From Perkinsus chesapeaki ATCC PRA-425 (taxonomy: Eukaryota; Protista; Perkinsozoa), in NCBI GenBank assembly GCA_013115145.1, contig JAAPAO010000304.1, positions 1 to 41,398 on the forward strand: 41,398 nucleotides of DNA, read 5' to 3'. The position numbers and the translations under genes were made by a program. The notes below the pieces were generated by a model, which worked only from the letters and a program-made list of their open reading frames with translations, had not been told where the DNA came from and did no database searches. Shown piece after piece: positions 35,583 to 41,398 of the stretch; position 1 is the stretch's first letter; every line of letters begins with the position of its first letter.

Positions 35583-38531
35583 CTACTTCACCCTACTACT
35601 AGTAGCTTTAGCCTTTTTAGTAGCCTTATGATGATGCTGAGCAGCCTCAGCCTCATCCTCATCCTCATCTTGTCCTTCATCTCTTTGTCTCTTCTTCCTT
35701 TGTTGTTGTTGCTGTCCTAATGCTGTAGCTGCTAACTTACTGACAGCACCTAAAGCAGTCTGCTTCTTAAGCTCCTCCAACCATTCTATAACATCTTTAT
35801 CCCATTCAGGACCATTAACTCTAGCATTATCCACCTCTCCTTCACTAACAGCCATTAGCGCTGATATAGCCCTAGTTGCTATCTGACCTCTAGTTCTACC
35901 AAGTGTACCACTAGACCATTTATCAGCTACCACCTTAACTAGCTTATATACAATATCTCTAATAGTAGTAGGATTAGATGATGATAACTTAGACTTGGCT
36001 AATCGATGTAATATAATAAGAAGCTCTCGGAACACAAATGGCTTACTAGGTGCTGTAATACCACCATCATCATTGACTGGTAATACCTTAGACCAGTGAA
36101 CCTTAGAAAGCAGAGGCCATGTTAGGCATTCCCAAGTATTATGATTAATAGATAATTTACCACCACTACACCACTCATGTATTAGGTTAGTTAGTATATC
36201 AGCAGTCGGTTGTGGGTCAGGCTTAGATAAATATGCTATAAGATTGGCGCATTCCTCTTGTATAGCTGTCTCTTTATTAGGTAACATCTTAATCAACTTC
36301 AGTATAACATCCTTACTAGGTGCTACTCCCTCCTCCCCCTCAACAATAGCACCCCCTGCTTGTCTAAACCTTCTAACCATACCGATAAGCCTATTCCTGA
36401 GCTCTATCTTAGCTTCATTAAGGCCACCATCACCCCCACCACTAGCGCTCCCTCCTCCTCCTCCCTCTTTACCCTTTTTATTAACCCTCATACGTCCAGC
36501 ATACTCTAATATCCTTATTACTACATCAATCCTCTCTGTCAGATTATTATTACCATTAGTAGTAACCCATGCCTCTAATAGATCTATTCTATGTATTTTC
36601 CTCATTATTACTACTTTACCCTCTTTACCCCTTTCCTCTTTAGCACCAGTACTCTTCCCTTGTTGTTGTATGAATGCCTGAGCTGCTCTCTCTGCCTCCT
36701 CATCATTAAGCATAGCCAATAGATCCTCTTCATCCTCCATAACTATATCGTCCGTATTACCATTCTCAGTTGCTATTATCGGTGGTAGAAATGGTTTATA
36801 ATCCTGCTCATCTAGATCATCCTCGTTATCTTCATTACTAATCTTATCTTCACCCTCTTCTTCTTCCTCTTCATTTTCACCACATATATCTTTAACCATT
36901 TCATCAGCATCAGCCCATGATACATAACCTTCTTTAACTAGATACTGCCATAATCTACCTGTTGAGTATCTAACTATATTCTTGCTCTCACCATAGAGGT
37001 CAGGTAATGCCCCTACAATAGCATCAAATTCATTAGCAGCTCCAATAGCACCATCTAAGTTATCCAAACCCTCTTGTATATCCTCTCCACCAGGTGCTGC
37101 TACATTAACCCATTGCCACTTTAACCATGGACCAATAGCTTCCTTATGATCTGACTTTTTAATAGTCTTCAATACCCTCTTAGCCAACTTATCCATATCC
37201 TGTGATGATCCACTTGATGATGATGCTCTAACAGATTCGAAGGCCACTGATGCCCAATCACCAGTAGGCCGCCGACTTAGACTGGTAAGTGCCTTCCGAA
37301 CCGCTAGGGCAGAGCCATCACCTTCCTTAAGTAGTTCATCTAATACTGATTTAATAGCATTCTCATTGGCTTTAGGATGGGCAACAGCATTACAAAGACG
37401 CTCTTGAACCCACCTATTAGATGATGATAATGGTATTATACTACTAACAAAGGTAGATACCCCTTCCTGATCCAATGGCCATAAACATATAGATAATATA
37501 CGTTTAGTGGTTACAGCAGGTGTACCAGGGTTACAACAATCAATACCAGCCATGAGGAGGTTATTACGTGATTCATCATCTATCTTATCATTTAAGGGGC
37601 CTTTAGGGCCAAAGTAATAAGACATCCTCTCTAAGCAATAGTCTTGAGTTTTACGTAGCTCCTTGGAAGGTTTAAGGAGTAGCTCAACAGCATCCTTAGG
37701 CCATGGACCAAAGAATTTACCCAAACCAAATAACAACTGTAATAGAAGAGCCTTCTCACCAACATTACCACATATAAGTGCCTTAGTAATAGCCTCACCA
37801 GATATTTTACCATCAGTATGCTGTAATAGAGGTTCCCAAGCAGGATGCCTACTTGGTGAGGGATAATCACTAGTGGTCCTACATAGGGTATTAACTATAG
37901 ACTGTATAGTATCTTCCTTTGATAAACGGTAGCCCTCTGGTCTAGTAGAGAAATATACATATGACAGTGCTGGGACTTGAACCACTGCGGGATTAACGTC
38001 ATCCGATGATGCCATAGTTGTTCGGGACTTCACCGATTTGAGCTGGAATTGCCCTTTAGTAAAAAGCAATACAATAACTCTAGCGGCAAGTAGACGTACC
38101 ATACTCTGTTTTTTTGCAGCATCATATAGTTCCCATGCCATATCAGCAACCTGCTCCGCTTCATCATCTTTAGTAACAGCACCACCATCAACGATAGCTG
38201 CCAATGCAATAGCTCTGGCGATTAGACCATCAATACCTTCACCAGCCTTCTTAATACCAGCAGTATTATTCTTAATAAGGAATAATAAATGTGATAATAC
38301 ATCACCACCATCAGATGTGGCTATTAACTTATTAGTTGCTAACCCTAATGCTGCCCCAAAGCCATGTCTGCACATAGCCCTAGAACTACCGCACCCACGA
38401 ACTAGCCGTTTTAATATATAATGAGTATCAGCATTATTGATATCACCCTTTAGACCATGTACTATACTTAGAGCCGATTGCTCCCGTATATGAGGGTTAG
38501 GGTCACCAAGCTGGAAGTATAAGTCTTGCAT
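35583..38531 (-). CDS. MYBBP1A: DNA polymerase phi / Pol5 / MYB-binding protein 1A homologue (nucleolar rRNA biogenesis factor), single long ORF
   Basis: N-terminal YILKRLVRGCGSSRAMCRHGFGAAL matches the Pol5/MYBBP1A motif; there is a central acidic tract and a basic C-terminus. The first ATG is at 38531 (the ORF track starts at GTG 38606). Confidence 0.75.
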   Translation of the reverse strand: MQDLYFQLGDPNPHIREQSALSIVHGLKGDINNADTHYILKRLVRGCGSSRAMCRHGFGAALGLATNKLIATSDGGDVLSHLLFLIKNNTAGIKKAGEGIDGLIARAIALAAIVDGGAVTKDDEAEQVADMAWELYDAAKKQSMVRLLAARVIVLLFTKGQFQLKSVKSRTTMASSDDVNPAVVQVPALSYVYFSTRPEGYRLSKEDTIQSIVNTLCRTTSDYPSPSRHPAWEPLLQHTDGKISGEAITKALICGNVGEKALLLQLLFGLGKFFGPWPKDAVELLLKPSKELRKTQDYCLERMSYYFGPKGPLNDKIDDESRNNLLMAGIDCCNPGTPAVTTKRILSICLWPLDQEGVSTFVSSIIPLSSSNRWVQERLCNAVAHPKANENAIKSVLDELLKEGDGSALAVRKALTSLSRRPTGDWASVAFESVRASSSSGSSQDMDKLAKRVLKTIKKSDHKEAIGPWLKWQWVNVAAPGGEDIQEGLDNLDGAIGAANEFDAIVGALPDLYGESKNIVRYSTGRLWQYLVKEGYVSWADADEMVKDICGENEEEEEEGEDKISNEDNEDDLDEQDYKPFLPPIIATENGNTDDIVMEDEEDLLAMLNDEEAERAAQAFIQQQGKSTGAKEERGKEGKVVIMRKIHRIDLLEAWVTTNGNNNLTERIDVVIRILEYAGRMRVNKKGKEGGGGGSASGGGDGGLNEAKIELRNRLIGMVRRFRQAGGAIVEGEEGVAPSKDVILKLIKMLPNKETAIQEECANLIAYLSKPDPQPTADILTNLIHEWCSGGKLSINHNTWECLTWPLLSKVHWSKVLPVNDDGGITAPSKPFVFRELLIILHRLAKSKLSSSNPTTIRDIVYKLVKVVADKWSSGTLGRTRGQIATRAISALMAVSEGEVDNARVNGPEWDKDVIEWLEELKKQTALGAVSKLAATALGQQQQQRKKRQRDEGQDEDEDEAEAAQHHHKATKKAKATSSRVK

Positions 38532-38801
38532 CCTATGCAAAACTAATCGATTATTTGGGCGATCGCCATGTCCGACACAAGGGCAGCAGACACCACCACC
38601 TTGCACGCAATAACATCATCCTTACACCACTTGTAGCCTTTTCCCCCGTTTTCTCTTTTATTTCACGTTCCTACTGGTTAAGGCAGATTGATAATGCCCT
38701 CATGGAGTTGAACGCTTGAATGACTGAAATAACGCAAATACTTGTGTGGTTGAATTAACATCAATGACATCAACAACAGCATATAAGAATATTCATTATC
38801 A

Positions 38802-39919
38802 TTAGCTTGTATCACCAGTAATGCTACCCTTAGTAAATTCATATAGGGCTCCGTAATCAACTAAATCGAGTTTAACCATTTTTCTATCATCTTTCATTAT
38901 GATCTCCAGTGAATTAGGAGAGCTTGATCCATAACGTCTGATTAACATTGAAGGGATGGCATCTATTTTAAAATAACCACTTAAATGATAATCATCAGCT
39001 TTTGCTAATTCAGCGTCTGGTATTATAGTACTAGGTTTATCATCCAATACCTTATCAATGCGTATTAATTGTCGTTTATCAATTGTTTGTATATATACAA
39101 CAATATTACTTGTCCNNNNNNNNNNNNNNNNNNNNNNNNNNNNNNNNNNNNNNNNNNNNNNNNNNNNNNNNNNNNNNNNNNNNNNNNNNNNNNNNNNNNN
39201 NNNNNNNNNNNNNNATCCAATACCTTATCAATGCGTATTAATTGTCGTTTATCAATTGTTTGTATATATACAACAATATTACTTGTCCCATCCACCCAAA
39301 GACCTTGGTATACCCCATCTTTAACACTCCTATCATCATCAATTCTCAACCTCTTCCTAGGTGGTGCTACCTCAATACCACCGCTAGTACTTTGTCTTGT
39401 CCTATCCACGTATCCAGGATTCTCATCAGATTTACTCAACTGTATCTTTAGACTTAATGACATTATCAAATTACTCGATGATATATGTCTACTCAAGTAA
39501 AGGTCAAGTTGTCCATTATTTGAAATGATCGGTGAGCATATTACAGGGCGATCTCTAGCTGGCAGATAATCCAAACCACAATCACCAAATAGTCGTTCCC
39601 AAGGTACACCTGGCGAATCGCATCTGTAGTCCATCCAGTAACATTTCGAGTACTGTTGATTGAATTTCTTAACTCCAGTAGGTTTATACTCATATAAAAG
39701 TGGCGCGAACTCTTGATATTTTCTACCATTTATGGTAAATGTAGCGAATGGTAGCCCTGTATTATAAACGGTCATATGAAGTGAATGTATACAATGTGAC
39801 AGTTTGGGGTCTATGAGGGTCGATACATATGTTCCCGATGCAATATCAGAAGCTTGGATGTAAGGAGCAATTAGGTTGGTTATCAAGCATGACCATATAG
39901 TGACGATGATAAACAGCAT
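38802..39919 (-). CDS. Predicted secreted protein of unknown function (about 314 aa after removing the false gap)
   Basis: Hydrophobic N-terminus MLFIIVTIWSCLITNLIAPYIQA. ORF tracks 39065-39919 and 38802-39047 join in frame once the gap and one copy of the duplicated 74 bp are removed (945 nt). Confidence 0.65.
39042..39288. repeat. 74-bp exact direct duplication (39042-39115 and 39215-39288) flanking a 99-N gap; probable assembly artefact
   Basis: The identical string atccaatacc...ttacttgtcc sits on both sides of the gap. Confidence 0.9.
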
Positions 39920-40201
39920 TTGATTAGTGGATAATAAAGGCCGAAAGAGACGGGGCTACGGTAAAAGGGAAAGGAGGGAATTGTGCATTTAATGCATATT
40001 GCACGTAATAGATTGATAACAGTCTTGTGAATTAAGACAAGGAGTGTGAGGAGAATTGTATGGTACATGTATTGTTGTAGAAGGAGAAGAAGATGATGTT
40101 AAGTTGATGGTTGTGTTGTGTTGTTGTTGTGTTATATAGTTATATATTAATAATGTTTATTAGTTGTTGCTATTCTTCTTCTTGTTGTTGGTGTTGAACC
40201 T

Positions 40202-41398
40202 ATGAACTCATATTTTGATATATTAAGGGCAGGAACGGTATTGGGACGGAGGAGTAAGAAGGATGATAATATAAGTAATCATCATAAAGGGAATGCTAAT
40301 CCAGGGACTATACAAAAGGTATTAAATATGGATGGTAAATATAAATACATATATTCAGGCGAGTAGTATATTCCTAGGAGGAGGAGAGGATAATAATAAT
40401 AAAGGGAAAGAGGTAGTAATAGATAAGAGGTTATAACAATATAGGTGATACTTAGTTAAATGGTAAAGCAAAAAGACATAGTCATCGTGGTGGTGGTGGT
40501 GGTAAAAAGAAAAATAAAGGATTGATAGAAGAAGGTATTGATGAAGATGGTGATAAAGCTGATATAAATGTATTTGATGGGGATAAGCAAGAAGATAATA
40601 ATGAGGGTAGTCGGAGGGACTATAGTAGGGTATTCAGCGGCGGTGAAGTAGGGTTATTTCTATTCCATATCTTACTGAGGAAGGAACACCTATTAAATTT
40701 ACCAAGGTTATTGTACGACGCAAGTTGTATATCCAACACTTAAAGAGTCTCTTTCGCTGTCAAATTAATGCGGACGTCTAAGAAAAGTTAGTTCGGGTTA
40801 ATTCTGGGAGCATATAACAAAGATTCCAAGGCAGCAGCTGCTACTGACTAGCCGATCATCATCAACATCATCATCATCGGCGGCGGCGGCGGCGGATATC
40901 TTATTTAAGGTACTATCGAGAATGGTGGTGATGAGAGGGGAGAAGGTGGTGAGGAAGAAATAAAGAAGGGAAAGAAAAATAAAATAATATCACCAGCTAG
41001 ACGGCTTGAGATGGTAGTAGTAGTAGGTGAGTGTTGGTGATGATTAATAAGTATTATTAGGCTAATCATTATCGTAAAGAGAATAAGATTGGTGTTAGTG
41101 GTACATCTAATCCACCCGACCCTATATTAACATTTAATGAGGGAGATAATCATCACGATGATATTGATGATAATAGAATATCTAAATGGTTGAAAGATGC
41201 TATGGTTAATAGTGGGTAATATAATATTACTACTATACTAGTTCTTTATCCTAATAATAATAGTTTTCCAACACCAACACCTATACAATCACAAGCCATA
41301 CCACTCATGCTTACTGGTCAACATCTATTAGCTCAAGCCCCTACTGGTAGTGGTAAGACACTAGCATTTATAATACCAGTATTACAAAGATTAGCTAG
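40202..41398 (+). CDS. DDX52: DEAD-box RNA helicase, DDX52/Rok1-like, 5' part only (runs off the window)
   Basis: [24 protein letters not shown]-motif [16 protein letters not shown] and motif [19 protein letters not shown]. The N-terminal [12 protein letters not shown] is tentative. Confidence 0.75.

Noticed and set aside
41329-41337. GCTCAAG resembling the 3' end of the Perkinsus/dinoflagellate spliced leader
   Set aside because: It lies inside the helicase coding motif LLAQAPTG and the rest of the leader is absent.

Overview
Eukaryotic, AT-rich, gene-dense DNA with many very short GT-AG introns (mostly about 25-70 nt) and microsatellite-rich exons, read with the standard genetic code. Gene content and style suggest an alveolate, most likely Perkinsus (inference, no database search). 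About 16 protein genes were reconstructed by eye: two tandem cationic amino acid transporters, two intronless equilibrative nucleoside transporters (ENT), two tandem CRT-like transporters, DPH6 with RidA-like domains, an ADCK2-type ABC1 kinase, a CFAP97-domain protein, a USP deubiquitinase with a prion-like N-terminus, a tandem UspA protein, two related multi-zinc-finger genes, a SET-domain protein, a Pol5/MYBBP1A homologue, a predicted secreted protein split by a false assembly gap, and the 5' part of a DDX52/Rok1-like helicase. No rRNA, tRNA, CRISPR array or transposon was recognised. The strongest leads are: a SET domain whose halves appear in reversed order; a shared, unrecognised zinc-finger module in two tandem genes; CRT paralogues with different N-terminal targeting signals; motifs conserved on both flanks of the two ENT genes; and a signal-peptide protein with an NLS-like linker. 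Exon boundaries and several starts are manual and approximate.
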